From contig BFEA01000007.1 in NCBI GenBank assembly GCA_003427395.1, forward strand, positions 3,629,078-3,693,077: DNA of 64,000 nucleotides, in the 5' to 3' direction. The first letter of the stretch is position 1. Each line of letters starts with the position of its first letter. The notes under the pieces are model-generated. The model saw nothing but the letters and a program-made list of their open reading frames with translations. It did not search any database and was not told the origin of the DNA. This document shows positions 25,403 to 37,371 of the stretch, piece after piece. The DNA comes from Chara braunii (lineage: Eukaryota > Plantae > Charophyceae). A program made the translations under genes and the position numbers.

Positions 25403-28400
25403 TCACAAGTCACTCAGGAGCCAATCATTCAACACCAGATTACTCTCCTTGATCTCTGCCAGTGTTCCCCTGGCAGCCCACGTTGCCTCGAACCAGGCCA
25501 TTCCACTGAGCTTCTGTTTGGCACAGGTCACCTTCCGTCTCCAGTCTACCTTGATAGCATGTCGTATGTGCCTTTTTGCAAGTTCCTTGATGTTCTTGTC
25601 GGAGATGAAGCGGCCTTCGAAGGTGTTTTTGTTCCTGACCTCCCATATTACCAAGAATAAACACGCCCTGAGGGTCTGCGCTACGTATCCCCATCCCTTG
25701 TCCAGGCTCAGTCCTTGTGGTACACCCCCAAACAGTGTCCAGTGGTCATCCCAATCGAAGGCGGGACCACTTATCCGCTCCCATTGGTTTTTCCACCAGA
25801 CCCAGATCCTTTGTGACAGTGGACAGTACAACCACAAGTGAGTGGTAGACTCAAAAGGATACTTGCAACGGGTGCACTAAAGTGAAATTTTCATCCCTCG
25901 TTCGGCTAACCACACTGCCGAAGGAGTAGCTAGGAGTGACAGCAGCCACAAGAGTGCTGCTGCCCTTGGTATTGGAATCCCCTGCAGTTGGGCCCAACAT
26001 CTTCGGATGTCCTGGAGCACAATTTCCTCCTCTGCGGTTCTGACTTGTGCCCATCTGCTGATAGCTACTGAGGCCGGAGTTCTTCCGGACCTCAGTAGAT
26101 CATGTCCCCCGGCTGAATTGTAATCTGTAAGTCAGGCTTCCTGTGAGACCAGAGCTTGGGGTCTAAGCGCAAAGTGCGGACTGGGGCTCCGTCCGCCCAC
26201 ACATTGCAGTTCCATGTACCATCTTCGGTGCAGGCTTCACGGACCCTTATCTGAAGTAGCCTGCCCAACGGTCTGTTACACAGAACCTCGCTGTCCGGGA
26301 CTCGTAGTTGAAGGGCTTCTGAACCAGGGTCTCTCGCCCATGCCTGGAATTGTCTGCTACCATCTGTTTCATATGCTACCAACTTCCACATTTCTTCAGA
26401 TTGCTCAGGACAGCCACCCAAGTTACTAGTAACAAACCAGGTCCCCGGGGGGTCAGCTCCTTCTGGACTCAGGAGGAGTTTCCACTCCGGGGGGATGGCC
26501 GCCCTCATTTGGGCTGCCCTTTCCTGTGTCTGTCCTAGTCTTCCCAGACTAATCCTCAGGTCCTCATCTTTCTGCCATTGTCCAGTTGTCTCATCCCAGA
26601 GGTCTGCCACCTTCAGGATCCCTCTTTCAATCCAGGCCCTCCCAAAAGCTTTCGGTGCAGTGCCTGCTGAAAAAGGCCTGCCCTTCTCGTTCCGGATGGC
26701 TGGGTTGTCGAAGAGGGGTTGCATTAATACCTCCTCCCTGGTAACCGGTGGGACCCACTGTCTTGGGCCCACCTTCCTCCAGGCCTTTAGGACGTCGTTC
26801 CAAAATTGAGACTGTGTACGCCTGCGCAAGAATGAATCCAGCATGCAGCAGGTCCACACGTCTCTTGGTTGTGGTAGATGCCAGTCCTTTGCCAGTATCA
26901 TCTCTGCTAGAAGAATCCAGTGGTCCTCAGAGTTGCCTGAGATTACTTCAACCAGCCATTTCGCGAGCATCGCTGCATTTTGACAGGCTGGGTCTAGCAT
27001 CCCCAGTCCCCCTTCGTCCCGCGGGGAGCATATCAAGTCCCAGGCCACTTTGGTGATGAATCTATTTGTCTCTTTACCGACCGACTTCCACAAAAATTTA
27101 GCTGCGACTCTGGGGACTACCTTGATTAGCTGCTTACCTAACGCTCTAACCGTACCAACAAACCAAAGCAGGGCGAACAGCGCCACATTGGTGACTAGTG
27201 CTCAGCCGAATAACGAGAGGTGTTGGGCTGGGCCCCACGCTGCAATGCGACAGACCACCCTCTGCTGAATCAGGTCATTCTGAGTATCGGTGCATCTTCC
27301 CAGTGCTATCTGCACGCCCAGATACCTTTCTGAGCTGTTACTTGTCACCCTTTTCATTCCCCACTCTACAGCCAAAATATAGTTCCCTGGAAGCAGATAA
27401 ATAGACTTGTTCCGGTTTACAGCCGCCTCCGAGAGGCGGCAGTACTCAAGGAGGCAGTCCTTCAGTGCCAGCATTGATTCCTTGGAGTTCTCAGAGATAG
27501 CCATGAGGTCATCCGCAAGCGCTTTTACTCGGCACTCGCGGTGCTGCACTTGCAGTCCCTGAATTTGTGGGTGCTGTCTAATGTTACACACTTAGCCCTC
27601 CAGCTGAATTACAAACAGGAGAGGGGTGAGTGGACAGCCTTGGCGCAGTGACCTTGTGAGGGGGAATGCCTCTGAGATGTGACCGTTAACTGTGACTGAT
27701 GCAGTCGAAAAGGCATACAGAGCAATGACCCATTTACAAAAATTCTGACCGAATTGGAGGACTTTCAATGATGTGAGTACATAGGCCCAGTTCACCCTAT
27801 CGTACGCTTTTTCTAAGTCTAGCAGTAAAACCGCCATGTCTATCTCCTCTTGCTGAATCCATTCTAGTGCCTCAATCGCCGTCACTATATTATCGAAAAT
27901 TGACCGGCCTTGGATGAATGTCGCCTGATCTCTGTTTATCAGATCTGGTAAGTACCTTCCTAGCCTCCTAGCTAGCAACTTTGCTAAAATTTTGTACGAT
28001 ACATTTAGTAACGAGATAGGCCGCCAGTTTCTAATCTCAGCTTTGTCCCCCTTCTTGTACATGATGGTGATGATGCAATGGGCCATGCCTTTAGTCAGTC
28101 GACCGCCAATCAGGATTCCGTTATAGATCTGCAACAAATGCGGGAAGAGAATGTGGCCGTTTTGCAGATAGAATTCTACCGGGAAGTCGTCGCCTCCCGG
28201 TGATTTACCCTTTGCCATATTGTTGGTGGTTTCCACTATTTCTTCCAGCGAGACTAGTCTGTCCAAATCCAGTTTGCCCGACGTTGACAGCCGGACAGTC
28301 AGTGTGTCCCAGTGAGTTGAATCAGAAGACAGATCCGTGTCCGGTGGTTCCCCAGGCCTCCGTGAGGTTAGTATGTCCTTGAAATACATGACTGCGTATG

Positions 28401-29644
28401 CGCACATTGCCCTTGAGGAGGACGCCTGGTTGGCTTCTGGAACGAATGGGTGGTTCAGCAACTTCATGGACTGCGCTGAGCGTTTGGGCAGCAAACGTTG
28501 AAAGGATTCTTTGGTCATTCGGTCATAGACCGAGATACCATTGACCGTCAACCGCTCCGCTCATTCCTCTGACCGTTGTTGTTGCAGGTCCTCCCATCTG
28601 GCCAGCAATCTGAACCTTTCTGTTGCCCAAACCGCTGCTGATACCGGGTGAGCATCCATCCTCTCTTCTACCCATTGTAATTCTCTCAAGCAAGTTTGTT
28701 CCTCTTTATTTCGTTCCGCTGCTAGAATCGTGGAAAAAATGTTCAAAAAGTTTGCTGCAATCGCAGTTCCGGCGTCCCACCATTCCCCTGCTGACGGAAA
28801 GTACTTCTGAGCCCTTGGCCATTTAGAAAAGAAGGCTTTCACCCAGGCCGATAGGCCTGGGTCTTTGAAGTTCTGCACATTAAGCCTAAACGAACCCACT
28901 ACCGCGGTCAATCGCCTCAAGCATCTGAAAGGAAAGCTTTACTGGGTAGTGGTCAGACATTGAATGTCTGATCACTTCCACATTGTGTACTGCGTCCCAC
29001 CAGTTTGGACTCGTCAGCCCATAGTCCAGTCTTCTTCGTGCTCCCATTGTGTTCCCTATCGTGGCTGTGGAAGTCCAGGTAATCCCAAGGTCAGTTGGGT
29101 GGATAAGCCTGTAAGCATTGCACAGGTCCAACTCGGTCATATAGTCAATGAGTGCAAGAATATCTGGTGAGCCGGCTCTCGTGCCTAAAACGTCGTCAAT
29201 GGAGCAGTTCCAGTCCTTAACTACCTGCAGATTATCTACATTCGGGGTGTAGGAGATTAAATCTTCCAAAAATCTAGTCCGTTCCGATCTGTCTACCGGT
29301 GCGTACACAGTCATGATAGCCCATTCTGCCCCATAGGCTGCAAACTTTATCCATGCCCAGCGCCCCCAAAGATCCATTGCGTGATCCAGGATTTCAATCG
29401 GTAGGTCCCTGTGTATTAATATCCCTACCCCCCCTCTTGTGCCTACCGCAGGGTACCACAGTTGTGGTCCATCCCACCACAGTCCTAGTTCTGTGATTTT
29501 CCGTTCATCCAATTTTGTCTCCTGTAAACAGGATATGTGAATACGGTGGTGGTGCAGCCAGGCCTTGAGTCTTGCCCTCTTTCCCTTCCGTGTGGTGTTG
29601 CCCATACCTCTCAGATTCCACGATATCACATTACACCTGTCCAT
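25403..29644 (-). pseudogene. LINE-C ORF2 (APE-RT-Cys-rich C-terminus), broken into about 6 frames
   Basis: ISWNLRG, CLQETK, VYAP, SDHYPV, NWRPISLLNVSYKILAK, LDLEKAYDRV, RQGCPLTP, ALADDL, HLWLYCP. Confidence 0.95.
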
Positions 29645-29732
29645 TCACATTGGGTTTTTGTCCCCTGGATTGGATGATGGGGGCTGACGAGAGTCCCCTG
29701 GATCCACTGTGCGAATGAGGGGGTCGTGTGCC

Positions 29733-32156
29733 CTAACCACTGGGCCTGTTAGCAGGCCCCGCGAACGAGGTGGAGGACCATTTCTGAGCAAGGAGGTTCT
29801 TCAGGTATATGGATTGGAGGAGTTTGTTCTTCGGAAGTTTCTCATTGAAACTGCTCAGAAAGCCTGCATCAGACAAGTGTTGTACCTCCATTTGTCGGAG
29901 AGAGTCCCGATCCTCATCAATGAAGAGGGAGAGAGGGATCACTCGCATACCCTCCTCTAGGAGGGCGTCGAAACGATCCGGGGGGATGCAAGCATCCAAC
30001 AGGGGGGCGAAGATCTTGCAATTTTTGTCTTCGAGTTCCACGTAGAACCGTGGTTGGGCCATGTCTGGGACTAACCTGACCGGGAACCGTTCTGCATACA
30101 TGTGCTTTACTACAGTCATAATCGCCTGTGGGGTGACCGATTCTTCTATCATCTGTGTCAAAAAGTTGATTTTTCCTTCCGATGGTTGCCAAGCTATCAC
30201 GTGTATTGTACCATTTACTAGCGAGCAGATTATTGGTAGCAACCATTTTTCCAGCGGAGCTGGTTGGCTTCTTGTTGCTGTTATGGCCCGTATGCTTCTG
30301 GATGTCTTAACTCCTGCCTGTGGGAGTGTTTCCCGTCCCTTCCCTGTTCTACCCGATGGCGAGGAATCGACACAACTCGAGGTGGATGATCTAGAGCCTT
30401 CTTGCATGGGGGCGTTAGCCGCCGGGGCTGCTTCGAGCATCAAGAGTTGATTGGGCCTCGGGCGGGCTATCCTTGGAACTTTCAGAGGGGACTGACCCCT
30501 CCTACTGCGGCCGTGCTTTGCGTGGGCTGACGAGGATGCCTCTTCGTTCTCTGATTGTCTGAGTCTAGATACATTCGGACTCACTGAGGGGAGTGGGTCG
30601 GGCATGCCCTGTTGAGCCGAGGAAAGGTAATGTGATTGATCGAGCTCCGTCCCCGGGGGGGGGGGCTCGTCTTGTGCCATGGCAACTGCTTGCATTAGGT
30701 GTGACATCGCAGGGATCAGTTCCTGATGTGTAATCGGGGGGACAAATGTCCTCTGAATCCTTGGTTGGGTGGCCATTTCCGCCTGAAAGTGAGCGTCAAA
30801 CAGGGCCCGGTCCTGTCTCTCTACCGGCGAAAAGATAGGATTGTTGATCGCATGTACCTGGTTCGTCGGTATTCCTGGCCTACCTGACCCTACTCTTTGG
30901 GCTTCTGGTTCCACAAAGGCCCTTCCTTCTGGGGAGGGGCTTCTCTGCAATGCTGCTGCGGAGGGGATTGGGCCAGGGGCTAGGTTGCCTTTGTATCTAG
31001 GGATGTTCCCGCGCCTGTTCGACCGCGAGCGTGCGCTCTGCAACGAGTTCTGGGACGACGAGTCATCACCGTCTGAGCCCTCCTCCCTCGATGTCCGGTT
31101 CCGTCTAAAATGACTACGACGCCGGTTGGGATTCTCCTTCTTCCTGTTACATTGGTCTTCCGTATGGAAGTACCATTTGCAATTGGAACAATAAGGGGTA
31201 TCTGCGGAGGCCAGCTTGACCTCAACCATATCCCCTTCCTTAGTTCTAACCCATACCCTGTCCACAAACTGTGCTCGGCATTCCGGGTCTAGTTCGCATC
31301 TGACATTGAGTAAGCGTGGGTTGGATTTGAAGCGATCCAGAGGGTCCATTTTCAACACTGGACCGATTACACGCTTCAGAGCTGAGTAGAGGTATACATA
31401 CGTGTCTAGCGGGACTTGTATGGCCAAAACCCAAAATGTATTCTCTAGCTCCACTTTGCGAAACTCTTTCCACTCCACCCTCATCATCCAGGCGTTCATT
31501 GCGAAAATGTACTGCATTCTCTTCAGCGTCACCTCACCTTCCCCCTCATTTATCATCCATTCCGCCACCACTTTGTCCCTCGCCACATAGGAGATAACGT
31601 TTGGTCCCTCAAATTTGATTCGTCCCCTTTCTGCCGGGGGATAAAAAATTCCATCCTTCTGCCAGCCATTCTCATAGGCTCTAACAATGTCCTCTTTTAC
31701 CCTTCGTGGTAGGTCGCGTGCTTCATCCCGGAAAATGATTACCACTGTGCGTTCTTTTAGCCATCTGATTTTTATATCATCGAATTTTTCGTTCACTGTC
31801 ACTACCGCCTCGTTACCTTCGATGACAACGTCGTCAATGGGGACATCCTTCGGACATAATCCATTGTCATAACACAGTGACAAGAGCATTCGAGCTCTTT
31901 TATCGAATGCATCTGGGTGAGATTCCTGCGATCCTTCTACATCCCCTTCCGCCATGACATACTCTACCGTGGCTTGTTCCGCCATATCGGAGCTGATTGT
32001 TGTCGAGTACAAATTAGCTAAAGCGTATAGAAGAGGAGCGCCCCTTCCGGAGGGGAGGGGGCGTATAGCTGACTTACTCGGACTCGATGTGCTGCAAGTT
32101 AGGTAAATTAGGAGCGCGTTTACAGCCGTAACCTGGGTGGTAGCGTAGCTGCACAT
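29733..32156 (-). CDS. LINE-C ORF1 (gag-like, CCHC Zn-knuckle); open frame, likely start MAEQ near 31985
   Basis: 807-aa ORF directly upstream of ORF2; CSNCKWYFHTEDQC matches CX2CX4HX4C. Confidence 0.88.
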   Translation of the reverse strand: MCSYATTQVTAVNALLIYLTCSTSSPSKSAIRPLPSGRGAPLLYALANLYSTTISSDMAEQATVEYVMAEGDVEGSQESHPDAFDKRARMLLSLCYDNGLCPKDVPIDDVVIEGNEAVVTVNEKFDDIKIRWLKERTVVIIFRDEARDLPRRVKEDIVRAYENGWQKDGIFYPPAERGRIKFEGPNVISYVARDKVVAEWMINEGEGEVTLKRMQYIFAMNAWMMRVEWKEFRKVELENTFWVLAIQVPLDTYVYLYSALKRVIGPVLKMDPLDRFKSNPRLLNVRCELDPECRAQFVDRVWVRTKEGDMVEVKLASADTPYCSNCKWYFHTEDQCNRKKENPNRRRSHFRRNRTSREEGSDGDDSSSQNSLQSARSRSNRRGNIPRYKGNLAPGPIPSAAALQRSPSPEGRAFVEPEAQRVGSGRPGIPTNQVHAINNPIFSPVERQDRALFDAHFQAEMATQPRIQRTFVPPITHQELIPAMSHLMQAVAMAQDEPPPPGTELDQSHYLSSAQQGMPDPLPSVSPNVSRLRQSENEEASSSAHAKHGRSRRGQSPLKVPRIARPRPNQLLMLEAAPAANAPMQEGSRSSTSSCVDSSPSGRTGKGRETLPQAGVKTSRSIRAITATRSQPAPLEKWLLPIICSLVNGTIHVIAWQPSEGKINFLTQMIEESVTPQAIMTVVKHMYAERFPVRLVPDMAQPRFYVELEDKNCKIFAPLLDACIPPDRFDALLEEGMRVIPLSLFIDEDRDSLRQMEVQHLSDAGFLSSFNEKLPKNKLLQSIYLKNLLAQKWSSTSFAGPANRPSG

Positions 32157-34419
32157 AGGCTGCTACCTCTTCTCCAATCCACGTGCCTTGGTAAAACGCA
32201 GTGTGAGGTGAGATTTGAAACCCAGATCTCAACAGCCCAGTGATTGTACCAAGTCTAATCGACTCGATCTTAACTCCTACTCGGTCGGAATAGCAGGTGA
32301 GATTGGCACTGACGGGTCCCGAGCTGTGAGTCCTGATGTATTGCCCTAATCCAATGACTAGAGTGAGCTACCCATCGGAATCCACATTTGAGTACCAGTC
32401 CTTCGCGAGTAACCCTATCCCTAATTCTGAGGTCTGACAGGGCCTAGATATACAAACAATCTACCGATGTGCTTTTACTTCTGCCATGGAGGTTCTGCGA
32501 AGAAGATGTGATATTACCCCGTAGCTCGATCGTTGCCGAACGTCTTCACCTGCTGCCATTCCTAGTACCTGTCGGAGGCCCGTATCTGTCCATGCCGTAA
32601 CCAGCATTCGCCCCTTGGCTGCTTGCGCGTCTTTCCTTCGACCGATCCGGTTGCGTATAGCCGGCTATGAGACTTCACCTTCTCTCACTTTACCCACGCC
32701 ACTTGAGATTGACGGGGAATGATGTACAGTTACCACTGTAGACGCGGAGGACATCTACCATCTGGGTAAACGGGGATATGAGTGAACGATGAGATTCTCA
32801 CTCTGCCATAGCCGAGGCCATGGTGAATCGCCGTACCCACAGTAACTCGCACTGCGGTAGAGCGAGAACTGTCGATGTGCCTAGCGGTGACCACGTGCGG
32901 TTCCCGGTAGGCGGGCGCAGGCCCCGAGCGCTAAACCAGCGCAGTCGGCGGCGCCGTCCCCATTCGTCTGGATTCCCAGGGTAGTTTTTTCGGGGGTAGT
33001 GGGGAGGACTAGGAAAAAGGTAAAACTTTTCAAAAAAAGTTAGGCTGTGGAGAGAGGGGTAGTGTAGTTTTTGTCTGGTTCGTTCGTTCGGTACGTCTGA
33101 ATTGTTGGGCGCTAATGCCCACTGAACTCCTGCTGGGCCTGCCCCAGTAGTCTGAGTCTGGAGTAGTTCCGGGTTGTTTGTGAGGATTCCCGGCCTCATA
33201 GGTTTTGGTCTTGAATGGAATTCTCGCTTTTTCCCCAAAAAAAAAAAGAAAAGAAAGTGACGGATGGCGAGTAGTGCAACTAGGCCCTGGAACGCAAGCC
33301 ACGCTGCCGCGGGAGGGCGAGCGGGCGGCAGCTCGGCTGAGACCCCGGCCTCGTCCATGCAGGATCTGGGCGGGACCTGTCGCCCAAAGCGACGGCACAG
33401 GGCGCGGCGCCCCGTGCCCTTGGGCGGTACGCCCTACCTTGGCCTGCCCGCTAGGACGAACCCCAGTTCGGCCGCAAGAGGGGTAAATTGTTCTGTTCCC
33501 TTGCCGATGCATTTGGTTCAGCCGGAGGCGGCAGTTAGCCGACGACCAGTTGCGTTGGACTTTCGGCGGCAGTGCAGGGACAGTCCAGGACAGGGCGGGG
33601 CGGCAGGCGCGCTGCGGCGGCGAGGAGGCCTGCTTTTTCGAGTTGGTAGAATCGCAATCGGCCTGAGCAGCGGCTATCGCCCGCCAAAATTTGAAAATTT
33701 GATTCCGAGGATAGCTGACGACCGTCAGGATGCACAAGATTGACGGTCGAAATGGAGTACAGACGGCCGTAGCTTCGGAAGCAACAGAGGTGTGCAGAGC
33801 GACGCATAGCAGTTTACTCGCCGGCTAGGTCCTCCGCCAGCCATCCCAGGCTACAGCGCACTTCTGTCATCGCCCCGAACGCACTGTCAATCTTGCCTCC
33901 CGATCGTGACGTCAATACCCTTCTTCCAAGCGTGCGTATCTGCTATTTGTCTTGTCCGCTTTACGAGCTATGCTGAGGTCCTCTACGTGTCTTCACGCGC
34001 CCTTGCGTTCTCTGTCCTCAGGTGCAGTTGCCTGCCCTGTCCTCACGCGCGTTTTGTCTTCAGGTTCTGTGCGTGGAAGAGGCGACGGCGGAGAGGAAGG
34101 CGAGGACAGTGTGATAGTGGCGGATGTAGCAAGTAGCAGGGTTTAGGAGGTGATCTACGGTGACCTTCTCGCACGGTTCTTTCCCAGTCGCGGCGTGTGT
34201 TATCGATAGCAAGTAGCAAAAGTCCTCGACCTCGACAGCAGTGTGCCTAGCCGCATGATTGATGATGAGGAGCGATACGGACTTGGAGGACCACGAAGAA
34301 GACAGACGAAGCGACATACGGTGGCATCCGACGATAAACGAAGACGTAGCTAAAGATCTCGAATGAGAACTGAGAGGAAGTGGAGATTCCGAACAAAGCG
34401 GAATAGATAGATAGTGCGT

Positions 34420-34430
34420 ATGTGTGTGTG

Positions 34431-34481
<51 letters not shown>

Positions 34482-34607
34482 GCTGAGAAAGGGGAGCGAG
34501 ACGGGAGAGAGAGTAGATGCTGCTTGAGAGGTAGTGCCGAGCGGTCGAGAGGAGAAGCTTGAAAGCTGTGCAGGCTGGTCTTGGGAGAGAGAGAGAGAGA
34601 GCGAGAG

Positions 34608-34688
<81 letters not shown>

Positions 34689-35187
34689 CTATTGCTNNNN
34701 NNNNNNNNNNNNNNNNNNNNNNNNNNNNNNNNNNNNNNNNNNNNNNNNNNNNNNNNNNNNNNNNNNNNNNNNNNNNNNNNNNNNNNNNNNNNNNNNNNNN
34801 NNNNNNNNNNNNNNNNNNNNNNNNNNNNNNNNNNNNNNNNNNNNNNNNNNNNNNNNNNNNNNNNNNNNNNNNNNNNNNNNNNNNNNNNNNNNNNNNNNNN
34901 NNNNNNNNNNNNNNNNNNNNNNNNNNNNNNNNNNNNNNNNNNNNNNNNNNNNNNNNNNNNNNNNNNNNNNNNNNNNNNNNNNNNNNNNNNNNNNNNNNNN
35001 NNNNNNNNNNNNNNNNNNNNNNNNNNNNNNNNNNNNNNNNNNNNNNNNNNNNNNNNNNNNNNNNNNNNNNNNNNNNNNNNNNNNNNNNNNNNNNNNNNNN
35101 NNNNNNNNNNNNNNNNNNNNNNNNNNNNNNNNNNNNNNNNNNNNNNNNNNNNNNNNNNNNNNNNNNNNNNNNNNNNNNNNNNNNNNN

Positions 35188-35275
<88 letters not shown>
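34420..35275. repeat. (GA)n microsatellites flanking an assembly gap
   Basis: Seen directly in the sequence. Confidence 0.95.
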
Positions 35276-35279
<4 letters not shown>

Positions 35280-36594
35280 TGGGTGACTTCTGTCCATTGG
35301 GGGATTGAGTTTTGCCTACTATAAATCTTCTAGTTTTTGGGGTGAGTTCAGTGACGCGCTGAAATCACGGGCCATAAGCGGGTGGGAGTTGGTGCCCACT
35401 TCTGCATACGAAAACTCTCCGTTGTACTTCCAGATCGAGAGGTTCGGCGGTCGTAGCTTTCGGTCCTCATAAAAGCGGCTTTGTTAGCGGAAAACGTAAC
35501 AGGACGGGCGCTTCCCAGAGTTATGCGCCGAAAGATTCGGCAAACTCCCTTCTGTCTTCACTTTGTCGTCACCTTGTGCTGGATGGCTGGCGATGCGCGA
35601 CGTTGTTATCCTGTTCCTTCCTACTTTCGTCCATTTTTATCAGATGGATATTTGACTACGGATTGCCTTTAGCCCGGCGAGAGAGCTTTTCCACGACGCT
35701 CACACCGTTAGCAATTAGGTCATGGAATGGAACCTTCTCCGCCCCGTTCGTAATGAAGTCAGGCCAAACTGAACGCGCGCGGAGTTCGAAGCAGAGTTAA
35801 ACAGAACGTCGTGAGCATCGAACGAAACCCACCTTTGTTAGCGGGTCCATAAAACGAAGTTTCCAAGTTGCTTAAGCGTGTCAGCGCGATCGCGTGTCCT
35901 CAAGGGTGATGGCCTATGTTTCCTCAAGTCGTGTCTGATCTCTGCAGCGGTTGGCACGAGATCAGCTTCAGCAGCAAGGGGTTGACGAGGGAAAGGGTAT
36001 GTGAAAGCAAGGTGGGAGAGGGTGGGACTGATCTCGAAAGACGGGGTCAATATTCAGGATAGAGAATGACAGCCAGTTGGAAGGTCAATCTCCAACACGC
36101 CTTAGCTTCGGGCGGAATTGGAACCTACCGATGGGTCGTAAACTGCGTTCCGGGAGGAGTGAGAGTTGAAGTGGAGCGAAAGAAGAGGCTTTTCTCCTAT
36201 GTTTTGCCTATCAAGCGAACTCAGTCAGGGAATCTCTCCCGCAGGATTTTACCGGGTCGTGTAATCCGATAAGCAAGGTCTCTGCTGTGTTTTCTCGGTA
36301 GGCTTTGACGCTAATCGGGAGTGTCGATTTTGTAGCTGTCATGGGATGTGAATTATTGGATAGGGAGGGAGCTAGGCTTGCCGATAGATAGGTCGAGATC
36401 TTTGGACTGCCTATAGGTCGAGATCTTTGGACTGCCAGATAGATGAGTCAGGGAGGGAACATATTGATCTACAAGGTTAGATTGAGAGAAACGTATCGCG
36501 CAGAAGTCGAATGTGAGATAAGTGCGGACAGGAGGAAATTGTGGGACGGTGTGAAAAGCGTTCAGTGAGTGCTGCTGAGGCTCTCTAAGAAGTT

Positions 36595-37371
36595 ATGTAT
36601 TTGGGGGAGTCAGGGGGCAAGTCGGAACGATCTACCTCCCTTGGTAGCGAAGGGGTCCTTAGACTGAGAGGTGGTAATTTAGATCCCGAGGGCATGGCGT
36701 ATTCTCGTCTTGATCGGCTGCAAGAGCCCGTTGCGTCTAGTGCGAACGGCGATTGTATCGTAGGTGATGGGGCCCATGTTCCGGTTCCGAGCAGACGTTC
36801 ATTGAGATGCAGGTCGGATGCGGCGTCGGGATCAATATCGGCGCCGCGGGGATCCTTTAGTGGAGGTGGCGGAGCAGGTGGGAGGACTCATGCCGCGCTG
36901 GCAACTTCTGGTTGCTCCACTACGGCGGCGGCTTCTAGATCATATCTCAGGCCCGGACTTTTGGCGCAGTACGCGGATGCGCATAAGAACTCGCGTACGT
37001 CATGTATGAGTAATGTGAGCAGGAAACGTGTCCTGGGAGAGACCACATCGTCGCTCTATTCAAAAGCTGCGGGTACAGTTGTGGATATCCGAGGCGATAG
37101 AGGCGGCAGCGGCGGCGACGAAGGACGAGGAAGAGAGCGGGGAGCGGGTTTAGGTGCGGGAGGAAAGGAACTCTCTGTCAACCGCTCCCTTTCTCTCACC
37201 CCATCGCCGGATGTTCCTCCTCCTCGCGATCTTGCCACCATGTTCATTCAAAGGAAAAAAATGGTTGCTCCACGAACTCCCCGGACGCCTCAAGCTTTTA
37301 CAGTTTACAGGGACTCGACGCCAGAACCTGCAGAATCTTCGTCGTTAGAATCTCTCCCCACCGAGCTTCTG
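36595..37371 (+). CDS. F-box protein (At4g35930/FBS-like) exon 1; alternative start 36694
   Basis: Open frame ending SSLESLPTELL (F-box start), followed by a GT donor at 37372. Confidence 0.8.

Larger units (their letters stand above)
25036..32976 (-). mobile_element. LINE-C, near full-length L1-clade element inserted antisense in the LINE-B 3' UTR
   Basis: Poly(A) seen as T-run 25036-25063; probable TSD CAGGGTAG (25026-25033 and 32977-32984); 5' UTR, ORF1, ORF2 and 3' UTR all present. Confidence 0.9.
11099..33256 (+). mobile_element. LINE-B, 5'-truncated L1-clade element carrying three nested insertions
   Basis: TSD GTGACGGATG at 11089-11098 and 33257-33266; poly(A) 33237-33256; the 3' UTR resumes at 32985 after LINE-C. 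Confidence 0.85.

Noticed and set aside
32955-33015. HDV-like ribozyme at the LINE-C 5' end (minus strand CGAATGGGGAC with upstream TCCCCA)
   Set aside because: P3 and P1 cannot be formed, and the segment straddles the probable insertion junction.
34534-35324. ORFs made of ERER/CVCV/THTH/X runs (also ~830-1480, 43250-43640, 45870-46590, 55880-56340, 62570-63700)
   Set aside because: Translations of microsatellites and N-gaps.
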